From the NCBI GenBank assembly GCA_046563655.1, contig CM102283.1:1054001-1118000 (forward strand): a DNA stretch of 64,000 nt, given 5' to 3'. The stretch is from Yuukianura sp. NJ FZ-2021 (Eukaryota). The notes below the pieces were generated by a model. That model was not told where the DNA came from. It saw nothing but the letters and a program-made list of their open reading frames with translations, and ran no database searches. Both the position numbers and the translations under genes were made by a program. Shown piece by piece: positions 49,401 to 62,900 of the stretch (positions are counted from its first letter, which is position 1; each line of letters opens with the position of its first letter).

Positions 49401-52400
49401 ACTCTTCGGCCAAAATGGAAGGCAGCTCCTCCTACAGAGATCAGTTTCAACAGAAAGAACTTGAAGAACAAAAGCGGTATAAAAAATTCAAAATTTCGAA
49501 AAATTTCCAAAAATGGACAGACCTTGAAAAGTGACCAAACTTGAATTGGTCTCGAAGTGGCCAAATTTGGTCCCATTTCGGTTATGTATGAATTTTTGAC
49601 ACCTGATGAACTGACAGATTTGACAATTCGAAGGCCTAAATTTTCAGGAATACTTTATTTTTTTGAAAAAAGGCCAAAAGTGGTGGTGAAATTTTGATGA
49701 GAGAGAAGTGGTTGGGCACACTTAATAGACATAGTTTTCCAAATTCTAGAACTTTTTTCTACTTTTTACAAAAGTTTGTATGCAAGTTTCGATTTTTTTC
49801 TAGGTTCAAGCTGGAAGACTATGCCGAAAAGGCGGGAATTTTCGGAGACATGGATACCGTTGAAACACGAATCGTTACTGAAGTGACGTCTTCAGTACCC
49901 GGAGATTTTGAAAAGTTAGGAGCGAGAAATTTTGAAAAAGACGACTTAGTTGCAAGGAGCATTTTGCTCCAAGATACTTCAGATGGAACTACGACGAAGT
50001 TCCAGTCTTCATCTACTCAAGAATCCAGTTCCATGGCAACATCGTCTTACCAAAAAAGTTCATCATCATCCAGTCACGTCCAGAAGAGTTCCAGTGGATA
50101 TCAAATGACCTCCGAAATTGAAGGAATCGATTCGATTACTGGGCTGAAAATCGATTCCAAGGATTTCATAAACCAAGGAATCGATTCCGGTGATGCGATT
50201 ACTGACCGAAGACTGGATTCCAAAGATTTGATTACCAGACAAGAAGTTGATTCCACTTCCACGCAACTAATCGCTCCGATTGAATCGATTACTACGCATG
50301 GAATCGATTCGATTACTAGGCAAGGAATCGATTCCAACCAATCAACTACTATTAAATACTCGAGTCAAGTCCACGGTGGGACTTATACTAGAAAACAGCT
50401 TCGTGGCGGGAAGCTTGTTGACGTGCCTTGGTCAGGACCAGTTCCATCCTCTTCCGATTCTGCACAAACTCAGTCCATTCAGAAAATCTTTTCTTCTGAA
50501 CAAGATTCCGATGTCAACCGACAGTCCACGAGCGTCTTCGAATCAACTGCGCATGACTCCAAGCAAGAATCATCGAAACTTGTGTCCAGCAGCTACATGC
50601 TATCTGATACGCTTGACCACGTCGCTGACATAATTGATGGACACTCCACAGGAACCGTTGTGAAAAAAAGTGGCGTCACCTTTACTCCAATTCCTCCGAA
50701 GGACGCAAGACATGGGCAGACGACGCTTGACATTTCTCATGACACTTCGTTACTTGATGTTTCACGTGACGCAACAAATTTTGAAGTAACTTCTTCTACC
50801 ACGACAGTTGACATGTCTCAGTCGTCGCAAAAGTCTTCCAGAACAGGTTCCAAGGTCGTCGATGGTCGTACGGTAGAAGATTATGCAGAATCAAGCGAAT
50901 CCAGCCAGAAAAGAGTCAGAGGAGGTCCGCAAGGTCCTGTATCAACTTCAACCCACGTAACTTCTCGTACTGAACACAGTACTGGAGTGGGAGGAGACAC
51001 GAAAGTGGGGGGAGGTGGTGGGCCTAAGGGGGAAAAAGCTCCTCGTGGTCCTAGGAAAATACTGCGCGGTGGTCAGCTGATTACGCTTCCAGCTGACCCG
51101 GGATACTACGATCAGCCGGACCAAAGCGGCACTTCCAGGGCTACCACGCAACTCCTTCCAGTAAAACCATCTCGGGCGGGAACTTCAGGAACATTTAAAT
51201 CTTCAATTGATCACTCCGGTTACCAAAACATTCAACAGAGTGAAGAAATTATTCAAGAGTCGGTCAGTTCCCTCAAAGGCTTAGGCGACGAGCTAACTCA
51301 GCGTCATACGACATTCAAAATTGTTCCTGGAACGACTACATACACATCCCGAGGCGACACAACGAGCGACATGAGCACCCATGGAAGAACTTTTGTGTCA
51401 TCAATTGACGTCCAAACGACCGAAACTACTTCTAAAGAAGAGCATGTCAGCCAATCAGCAGAGATGTCGCAAAAGTCGTATGAAATGTCGCAGATGACTT
51501 CTGGAGCTACGTCGTCGCAAAAGCAAGTCAAGAAATCCACGGATAAGTCGGATCTGTCAAAAGACCTCAGTTCCACTACCGATCACATTACAAGGTCAAC
51601 GACCTCTGGCCAAGATGATTCTACAACGGATAGGTCAAAGGTCATTTCCACTGACAACGATACAGTCACGAGATCATTTCACGATACAACGACTTCAACC
51701 GAAGAAAGCAACACAGCACTGGAACGGATCAACCGCGTGTCCTCGGCGACATACGTTGATCATATTACTGATGTCACCCACTTGCGACACGTTTCAAAAC
51801 CGAAGAAAACCGTTTTGCAAAGTTCCGAAATGGAAACCATGTCGAGCGGTACGGTACACGACCTGGGTGATATCCAAGGTCTGACGGTCGTCTCACAATC
51901 AAGAAGCTCCGTCGGACAAACTGTGGATCAGCGACAGGCGCAGACAGATCTTGAAAATTTGACTCAGACGAGACGTGTCTACGGAGTAGACATTGAGACG
52001 AGTCTGTCCAAAGTCAATGTCCAAGCGATCCACGAAGAAGAAATTTCTTCCGGAACTGTCCGAATCGGTGACTCTGGAATCGAAACGACCGAGAATGTGG
52101 TCAAATCTGTAACTGAAATTAAACGAGCCAAAGTTCCTGGAGGAGATCGTCCTGGAAAACTTGTTGAAATTGACGAACGCGTTTCCACTTCGACGACGTC
52201 AACTGACCAACAAACTTTCAAGTTTCACGAGATTAGTTCCAGTGAAGCTGAGAGAACGCTGCGTGAAACACGCCGGCGCAATGACATTTTCAAATCCGAC
52301 ACTGCAATTGAGTCGGGAGTCACAAGCAAAACTTCAGATGTCAAAGATGACACGACCGAGAAACTCAAAGTTGGTCAAGTACTGGTCGAGGAAGTTTTTG

Positions 52401-55400
52401 ATACAAACACGTCTTTTGAAAGTCGAGATCGGAATCACGTTAAGACGAGAGCCATGGAAGACGAACATCTTCAGACCACCACGGTCCTGGAGAAGACTGA
52501 AGACGTTTTCAAACCGGTAGACCGACCGAGTCCGATTCGGCAAAAAGATAATTTGAAACCGGAAGGAGAGTTTTACCGAAAACCGAAAGATGATGCTCCG
52601 CTACGCGGCGATCGAGCGCCAATCAAAAAACCAACGGACAACTTGACTACAGAAGGTAAAAATATTTATTTATTTTGTCATTTTGTAATTGCAAAAAAAA
52701 AAAACCCTGCGCATGAGCAGTTTTTTTTGTTAAATTATTTGTTCAGGGTTATTGCGATTTCTTTCATACTTTGCCACTCGGTTTCCGTAAAAGTTGAACT
52801 TTGAACTACGTGAGGAATTCCCGCAAAAATTCGTTTTTCATCCACCTCTGCTAAATCTTGATCCAGAACTTTTTCGACCATGTTAAATTCCGTTTTCCTC
52901 GTCCACATTTCCGTTCCTTTCAAAAGCATCAAAGGCCATGCGTCTAGAATTCCGGGTTTTAGAAATTGACGAACCCAGTCAATAGATGAGCGAAACGAAT
53001 CGACGGTTTGTAGTGGCAAACCATAAATTAGCGATACTTCGAAAGGAATTTTCAAATTCCTTAGTTTTTCTGCAGCACTCACAACAGCCTTTAAATTGTT
53101 TTTGCGTCTGATCACTTTTGACTCGGACGGAATAATCGTTTGAATGCCAAACTCCAGCTCCACTTGGACTCCTTGAGCTTGAAGCCGACAGAGGGCGTTG
53201 AGAAACTCATCTCGAACCATTTCAAACCGGCATTGGAGGGAGAGGCGACCACTGTAGCCACTTTTTTCAAACTCTTCTAGAATGTTCATGTAGTTTGAGC
53301 CGGAGTTGAAGATGGGGTCAACGATCGAAAGGTCATTGACCCCTTGCTGTACAATGAACGCAATTTCATTTTGAATTCTGTTGAGGTCACATGCCAGTCG
53401 CTTCTCATAACTGTCTTTGTGTTGGCTGAAAAAAGAGGTTGCAGTAAGGACAAACTGAATTCAATGTAACCACAAAGTGTAACTACTGCCGCCATTTCTA
53501 ACTTAGTCAGAAATAGTACTACGGCTAAGGTAAACCGAAATTGACGTCATAAAATGAAGCACTAACGATACGGCATACCCATCCACTATTTTGTAATGAC
53601 GCTTTGGTTGCACTGTGCCTTCAAAATCAAATGATCACAAAAATTTAACATTTAATTTTTAAAAAACTCAAAAATTTAAAAATTTGGAACGAAGCCTAAA
53701 CTCATCATAATATTATTGTACCCACGCACTGCACGAATTAAGTGTTGCAGTATAGTTTCCGTTACTACACGGGTGGTTACACCGAATGTAACTCCGGTTT
53801 ACTCTAATACAATATCTCGATTCCAATAGCTTTATGTCGTTCCTTAAAGGAATTTCAGAAGAATATTTTAGCAGAGTTATTTATGTGAGACAAAGTGGTA
53901 CGGTTAGCATTTGTGGTTACAATAGTTGCAGTTTGTTCTTAAGCCAACCAAAAGGAACAAGTGAAAGGACATCCCCTTTTCGTTTCCAGGCGAAGATACT
54001 GCTTGTGCTTGACAATTCCGGGACTCAAGAGTGGGGACGGCAAGGCGCTGAGGTCATACACCGATTTCACGCCAAGGTCACTGTGACCTTTGTAATGTAC
54101 TCCATCAATTTGCATTTGACCTTTTGACCTGAGATTCTTCAAAAGAGTTGTAAGACTTTGCTCTGCATAGCCTCTGATGAAAATGTCTCCATATGGGTAG
54201 TTGACCTCGAGTGACCCCGCTGGGTTGTACGTCACCTGTGGTCCACCAAGGACAGTGACCACATAGGGGCTCTCGGCCTTGAGTTCGTTTAGGCTTGGGC
54301 TGATGTAAGACTCATTCCAGACATAAACTCCAGTTGCGACGAAATCGGGACGAAGTTGACGCGTGTCGGTTAGAAAGTCGTTGCAAATTGTTTGCAAATT
54401 TCCTCTGTTGACGTTGTACTGTCGGTGAACGATGTCGTACCCCGCAGTGACCTCCGGGTCTCTTTTGAGTTGTGCTAAAATTGAAGATGCTGCGAGAGAA
54501 ACGTTGGGATCTTTTTTCCTCAACCAATCAAAAGACGCCAGAAAAAGTCGCTTCATTTTTCAAAAATGTTTGAAAAGATTTTCCAAAATCTTGACCAATT
54601 GCACTCTGTGGTCGTTCCAGTATGACTAACTCATGACTTCAGATCTTTGCAAATCTCGGCCTTGTTTTTGCAAAATGACTCACTCCGTTCCAGTTTTTTC
54701 TTATCTATTAAACTTGCAGTTATTTGCTTCTGACGCAAAATGTAAGTTGAGGCTGCGACGTTTTGTTTTGGAACTGAATAGCATTTTTATCTCTCGTTGT
54801 TTAACCATTAGTATGCTCGTAAGTTGGACGTGACGAAGGACGACTGACCTTTTCCTGACCTTTAAATGGTATAATTAGCAAAAGTAGTTCGCTCTTTACA
54901 TTTTTCTCCTACTCTGTCTGTCTGTCCGTCTGTCCGCAGGACACTATAACTCTGGCTCCTGGAACCACTTGACCGATTTCGAATCTTTCTTCCTCTTTAC
55001 AAATGAACTTCATATGGTCTGGTTGTTATTAATCTGTTTTCGGTTTTACCGGAAGTAAACAACTTCGGGGTTGTGAACTTCATTTTTATTTCGCTACTTC
55101 TATATGTCGTTTACGACGGTTTATTAAACCCGATCCAGTTTAGGTTGATTGATTAAGTAGATTGATATTTACCAAAAGCCACTTAAATTGTTTTGAACTT
55201 GAACCGATTGACACTTTTTTTGAAAATCATTTGATTTGAAAACCTTTAGAATCGATACGGCTTTCAAAAGTAGTCAACCCTATTACAGATAACCAAAAAA
55301 AGTACTATGGCTTATTTATCCAGTGGCACAAACGAAAACGAAATTTTAAAAGAAGTCGTGCTAAAAGAAAGTGTGTCATTGGAAGATTGAAGTGTGTTTG

Positions 55401-58400
55401 GTTAAGGGAGAAAAACACATAGTGCAAAAGAGTTAATCAATTCCATTGATTGTTAATTAATCGAATTTTTAATTCGTTTTCTCTTTTCTTTTTCGTAGGA
55501 GAGTTCTACAAAAGGCCAAAGGACGATGCTCCGTTGAAAGGTGACCGTGCTCCCATTAGGCGTCCACAGGACTCGTTAAAACCAGAAGGCGAATTCTACA
55601 AGAAGCCAAAGGAAGACGTTCCAGCAGGAGAGAAGCGACAGCCAATAAGACATCCAGACACACTTTTCCTGGAAGGTATGGATATTTTTTAAAAAGACAA
55701 AAAATTATTTCAGAATTCTGAAATTGTAACCAAAAATTCTGAAACAGGCGAGGTTTACCAGCGACCAAAACCGGAAGGCCCTATGAAGGGAGACAGAGCT
55801 CCTACGAAACGACCAGAAGACAATCTTCGAACTTCAGACGAACCATTTTACAAGAAACCGACTCCAGAATTTCCAAAAGGAGAAAAACGAAGTCCGGTAA
55901 GACACGGCGACAATTTGTTTCTCGAGGGACAATTTTACCAAAAACCGAAAGAACCGATTCCGGTAGGAGAGCGCGCTCCGGTCAAAAAACCGGTAGATAA
56001 TTTGAAACCTTCTGAGGAACAATTCTACACGAAACCGGTTCAGTCCGTACCGACCGGAGAAAAACGAAGTCCGATCCGGCATGGAGATAATCTTTTCCCC
56101 GAGGGAGAATTTTATAAAAGACCAAAGGAACCGGTACCGGTAGGAGAGCGTGCTCCGGTCAAAAAACCGGAAGATAATTTGAAACCATCTGAAGGCGAGT
56201 TCTACACGAGACCGGTTGAAAGTCTTCCTGCTCCGGAGAAACGAACTCCAATCAGACACGGGGATAACTTATTCCCCGAGGGCGAATTTTACCGGAGACC
56301 GAAAGAGGGCGTTCCGATAGGCGAAAGAGCTCCAACAAAAATTCCGCAAGACAATTTGAAACCGTCGGAAGAAGAATTTAGTCAGAGACCGACACAAATT
56401 GTTCCGACTGGAGAAAAGAGGACACCAATCCGACACGGTGATAATCTGTTCCCTGAGGGTGAGTTTTACAAACGACCAGTGGAACCGGTTCCGACAGGAG
56501 AGCGCGCTCCGGTAAAGAAACCACAGGACAATCTGAAACCTTCCGAGGAAGAATTCAGCCAAAGACCAACTCAAGCTTTTCCAACCATTGAAAAACGAAC
56601 TCCCATCAAGCAAGGTGACAATCTCTTCCCCGAGGGAGAATTTTACAAGCGACCGATTGAACCTATACCGAAAGGAGAACGAGCACCGGTCAAAAAACCG
56701 GAAGACAATTTGACGACATCCGACGCAGCATTTTACCAAAGACCGAAAGAAACTGCTCCGAAAGGAGAGCGAGCGCCAACAAAAATTCCACAAGACAATT
56801 TAAAACCGTCCGAAGAAGAATTTTACCAACGTCCAACCCAAATTCTTCCGACACCCGAAAAACGAACTCCAATCAAACACGGAGACAATCTTTTTCCGGA
56901 GGGCGAATTTTATAAGCGACCAGTTGAACCGACTCCAAAAGGAGAGCGTGCTCCAACTAAAATTCCACAAGACAATCTCAAACCTTCAGAAGAAGAATTC
57001 AGCCAGCGACCGACCGAGAGATTTCCAACTGGAGAGAAGCGTTCACCAATCAGACACGGAGATAACTTGTTCCCGGAAGGTGAATTTTACAAACGGCCAA
57101 TCGAACCGATTCCAAAAGGAGAGAGGGCTCCAACTAAAATTCCACAAGACAATTTGAAACCTTCAGAAGAGGAGTTTAGTCAGCGACCAACCGAATTGAT
57201 TCCGACCGGAGAAAAACGGACACCAATCAGACACGGGGATAATTTGTTCCCCGAGGGAGAATTCTACAAACGCCCAGTTGAACCAACTCCAAAAGGCGAA
57301 CGTGCTCCGGTCAAAAAACCTTTAGACAATTTGAAAACATCCGAGGAGGAATTCAGCCAAAGAGTGACAGAAACTTTCACAATTGGAGAAAAACGAAGCC
57401 CAATCAGACATGGAGACAATCTTTTCCCGGAAGGCGAATTTTACAAACGGCCAGTAGAACCCACGCCAAAAGGAGAAAGAGCTCCAACTAAAATTCCAAA
57501 AGACAATTTAAAACCGTCCGAGGAAGAATTCTACCAGCGTCCGACCGAATCTTTTCCAACAGGAGAAAGGCGTAGTCCAATCAAACACGGTGACAACCTC
57601 TATCCAGAAGGAGAATTTTATAAAAAACCGGTCGAACCGATACCGAAAGGCGAACGGGCTCCGGTTAAAAAACCGGTGGACAATTTGACAACGTCTGAAG
57701 AAGAATTCAGCCAAAGAGTGACCGAAACGTTTACAATCGGAGAGAAACGAACACCAATCCGACATGGCGACAACTTATTCCCGGAAGGTGAATTTTACAA
57801 ACGGCCAGTTGAGCCTATTCCGGTCGGAGAAAGAGCTCCGGTAAAAAAACCGCAAGACAATCTGAAACCTTCCGAAGAAGAATTTAGCCAAAGACCAACC
57901 GAAACTTTTCCTACCGGAGAAAAACGAACACCAATCAAGCATGGCGACAACTTGTTCCCCGAAGGTGAATTTTACAAACGGCCAGTTGAAAAAACACCAA
58001 AAGGAGAACGAGCTCCTACAAAAATTCCAAAAGACAATTTAAAACCGTCCGACGAAGAATTTTACCAGCGCCCGACCGAATCTTTTCCAACTGGAGAAAA
58101 ACGAACTCCAATCAAACACGGAGACAATCTTTTTCCGGAGGGTGAATTTTATAAACGCCCAGTTGAACCGATTCCAAAAGGAGAACGAGCTGTAGTGAAA
58201 AGACCAGAAGACAATTTGACCACCTCCGATGCTGATTTTTACCAAAAGCCAAAAGAGGGCGCACCAAAAGGCGAACGAGCGCCTACCAAAATTCCAAAAG
58301 ACAATTTGCGTCCTTCTGAAGATGATTTTTACCAGAGACCGGTTGAGCAAGTTCCAATTGGAGAACGACGACAGCCAGTAAGACACGGCGACAACCTGTT

Positions 58401-59913
58401 TCCAGAAGGTGATTTTTACCAACGTCCAGTGGAACCAGTACCACGAGGGGAGCGGGCTAATGTGAAGAAACCAGAAGACAATCTCTACCCGGAAGGAGAT
58501 TTTTACCAGAGACCAGTAGAGACAGTGCCAAAAGGCGAGCGAGCGCCTACCAAAATTCCGCAAGACAATTTGAAACCATCCGAAGACGAATTTTATCAAC
58601 GACCAATCGAAAGCCTCCCTTCGCCAGAAAAGAGAACGCCAATCAAACACGGAGATAACTTGTTTCCAGAGGGAGAGTTTTATCGAAAACCGATCGAAAC
58701 TGTTCCGGCTGGAGAAAAACGAACGCCAATCAAACACGGCGATAACTTATTTCCGGAGGGAGATTTTTATCAGCGGCCAGTCGAAAAAGTACCGAAACCG
58801 GAACGTGTTTCGCCTAAAAAACCGACGGATAATTTGAAACCGTCCGAGGAGGAATTTACTCAACGGCCTGTACAGGAGTTTCCCAAAATTGACAAACGGA
58901 CGCCAATCAAGCAAAAGGATTCGCTTCGCCCTGAAGGTTAGTATGTTACGTTTTTTTCTTAGAACGAGAATGCTTCGTTGTCGTATTGGGGCTTCGCCGC
59001 TGACTCAATCACAAAATTAATAGTTTAGCAATATTTTAATCAAAAATTATTTTTCAAAGCAATTTTTGCTGAATTAGCAAGTCACGTTGCCTTAAATGCT
59101 AATGGTTACACACAAACAGGGCCTTAAGAAGAAACAGCCCTAACTTTTTAGTATTGTAATTGATAGTGAATACTTTTTTCGGATTGGCAATTCTTTGCAT
59201 TGTAAGAATTTTGGTAAAATTTTACTATCATGTGAACTAATCCTGTTTACTATCCCTACTTCTGATTTTTATGAAACTGTTTCTGAGAAACTAACCGCTT
59301 GAGAAACCGATGATCACAGAATGCGAAAAAAAATTGTGTTGCGACTGCGAGACGAACGATGTTTGTTTTCATTTTCACCTTAACCTAACCTTAACGCTTT
59401 CGCAAAGTAGTTTTTGCTTAGAAAATTCTTTGATTCTTTTTCTATTTCGTTAAATTCACTTTTGAAATTGTTAAACAGCGTTTTTATAACGTTTATGTTA
59501 GTTTTGATGAGGTTTCGCAAAATGGATTTTATTTATAAACAAAAAAAAAAGAATAGTAAACTGTGTCCTTTTATGGTGAACTTCACATTTTCAAAATTTT
59601 GATAAAACAAAAACACTTCGAGTAACAACCCCATTTTTTTTATTTTTGCGATCAGTGGCGCTTTTAGATATTCTCGGAAAATTTTTCATCAAATATGAAA
59701 GCTCACGATAAAAACATTCTTGCTTCACTTGTTTCAAACTGTGAATTTATACAGTTTTGAGTACCTATAAGAGAAATTTTTTGCGCGTACTTTTTTTTTG
59801 AATTGCATTTTTTTTTGTAAGTGACGAAGATGTTTCTAACTTTATGTTCTAGAGAACAAGTTCTACTTTGTACTTGAGGTGCAACTTACGGACTGTTCTC
59901 CAACGGTGCCGAA

Positions 59914-59953
<40 letters not shown>

Positions 59954-62900
59954 CCGGCGGGTCGAAACCGTCTTTCGGCACATTATTTTTTTTTTCTATT
60001 TTTTAAAAGAATTTAGTTGAAAGCGCTTCATCATACCTTGACAGCTTTAATTATTTTGAAAAACCCGCTTTATTTTTTTTTTGTAGAACCGTAAGTTTTG
60101 AAAATTATTGTGAATTTTTTCTACCGTATTGACTGAGTATACGAATCAGTATTTAGTGGAATGTGAGGCTAGTAGTTAACTTTTGACTTTTGCAGTTAAT
60201 CTTATCTTGGTTGATGACTGCTCTATGGACTTTAGTTTTGAAACAGGAACAAACATTATTTCCAATAACTTGTTCCTGTCTAGAATTCAGAATTGTGACA
60301 CTTTGACCTTTGATTTATTTTGAAAGTCAGTTTTTTTAGCATTTTGAAATTGGAAATTTCTATTGACAGGTGAATTCTATCAACGTCCAGAGGAAACTCA
60401 AATTTTCGTGGGCGAACGCGCGGAGAAAGTTCTTCACGAAGACAATCTACTTCTGGAAGGACAATTCAGTGAAGTTACTACTTCGAGAATGGACTTTAGA
60501 GATGTCAGAGGAGAAAGAGTCCAGGTCAAGAAGCAAGTGGACAATCTCTACATGGAAGGTCAGTAACATTTTTAATTGTCTTTACCAAAAAGCCTAAAAT
60601 TTTGAAATATTTTAAGTGTTTTATATTTCCGATTTTGTTTTTAGGTGAGTTTTATAAAAGACCAGAAGAGAAAGCACCTCTGAAGGGTGATCGTGCTGAA
60701 AAAGTGATTCCAAAAGACAATTTGAAGCCTTCTGAAGACGAATTTTACAAGCGACCGGTCCAGCCTATTCCTAAAGGTGAACGAGCAGCGGTCAAAAAAC
60801 CGGAAGATAATTTGAAACCTTCCGAAGAGGAATTCAGCCAGCGACCAACCGAAAAATTTCCAACTGGTGAAAAACGAACACCAATCAAACACGGAGACAA
60901 TCTTTTTCCGGAAGGAGAATTTTACAAGCGCCCTGTCGAACCAATTCCAAAAGGTGAGAGAGCTCCTACAAAAATTCCAAAAGACAATTTGAAACCATCA
61001 GAGGAAGAATTCTATCAGCGCCCGACCGAAACTGTTCCAACCGGAGAAAAGCGTACTCCAATCAAACACGGCGACAATCTCTTCCCCGAGGGAGAATTCT
61101 ATAAACGTCCAGTTGAGCCAACTCCAAAAGGAGAACGAGCTCCTGTTAAAAAACCGCAAGACAATCTGAAACCATCCGAAGAAGAATTTAGCCAGCGACC
61201 AGCCGAAACATTTCCGACTGGAGAAAAGCGCAGTCCAATAAAACAAAGTGACAACTTGTACCCCGAGGGTGAATTTTACCAACGTCCAGTTGAATTGGCT
61301 CCCAAAGGAGAGCGGGCTACCGGTAAAAAACCGGAAGACAATTTGACGACTTCTGATGCCGCTTTTTACCAACGACCGAAGGAACCAGTTCCAGTTGGAG
61401 AAAGAGCTCCGGTCAAAAAGCCCGTGGACAATTTGAAAACATCCGAGGAGGAATTCAGCCAAAGAGTGACAGAAACTGTTACAACTGGAGAAAAACGAAC
61501 CCCAATCAGACATGGAGACAATCTTTTCCCGGAAGGAGAATTTTACAAGCGGCCAGTTGAACAAACACCGAAAGGCGAACGAGCTCCAACTAAAATTCCA
61601 CAAGACAATTTAAAACCTTCAGAGGAAGAATTCTATCAGCGTCCGGCGGAAACTTTTCCAACAGGAGAAAGGCGTAGTCCAATCAAACATGGTGACAACC
61701 TTTATCCAGAAGGAGAGTTTTATAAAAAACCGGTCGAACCGATTCCAAAGGGCGAACGAGCTCCGGTTAAAAAACCGGTTGACAATTTGACAACGTCTGA
61801 AGAAGAATTCAGCCAAAGAGTGACAGAAACGTTTACAACCGGAGAGAAACGAACACCAATCAGACACGGAGATAACTTGTTCCCGGAAGGTGAATTTTAC
61901 AAACGGCCAGTCGAACCGGTTCCAGTAGGAGAGAGAGCTCCGGTCAAAAAACCGCAAGACAATTTGAAACCGTCAGAAGAGGAGTTTAGCCAGCGACCAA
62001 CCGAATTGTTTCCGACTGGAGAAAAACGGACACCAATCAGACACGGGGATAATTTGTTCCCCGAAGGAGAATTCTACAAACGCCCAGTTGAACCGACTCC
62101 AAAAGGCGAACGAGCTCCGGTCAAAAAACCTTTAGACAATTTGAAAACATCCGAGGAGGAATTCAGCCAAAGAGTGACAGAAACTTTTACAATTGGAGAA
62201 AAACGAAGCCCAATCCGACATGGAGACAATCTCTTCCCGGAAGGTGAATTCTACAAACGACCAGTCGAACCCATTCCAAAAGGAGAAAGAGCTCCAGTAA
62301 AGAAACCGGAAGACAATTTGAAGCCATCCGAAGAGGAATTTGAAACTAGGCCAGTCAGCAGTGTTCCAATTGGTGAGCGACGAAGCCCAATCAAACACGG
62401 AGACAATCTTTTCCCGGAGGGTGAATTTTACAAACGTCCAACTGAACAAGCTCCCAAAGGCGAACGAGCACCGACCAAAATTCCAAAAGACAATTTGAAA
62501 ACATCCAAGGAGGAATTCAGCCAAAGAGTGACAGAAACTTTTACAATTGGAGAAAAACGAAGCCCAATCAGACATGGAGACAATTTGTTTCCGGAGGGAG
62601 AATTCTATAAGCGTCCTGTCGAATCAGCTCCGAAAGGCGAAAGAGCTCCAGTCAAAAAACCCGAAGACAATTTGAAACCTTCTGAAGAAGAATTTGAAAC
62701 GAGGCCAGTCAACAGAGTTCCGGTTGGTGAAAAACGAAGTCCAATTCGGCATCCCGACAACTTAAAACCCGAACAAGGGGAGTTTACGCAGAGGCCGGTC
62801 AGCGATACTCCAAAAGCAGAACGTCGGACGCCCGTAAAACAGAAAGATTCTCTGTATCCTGAAGGTAAAATATTCCTTTTTTCAAAAATTCAATTGTACG

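Noticed and set aside
52735-54556. Bacterial contamination explaining the radical SAM gene
   Set aside because: It has a spliceosomal intron and sits between in-frame exons of a eukaryotic gene; a chimeric assembly is unlikely but needs read confirmation
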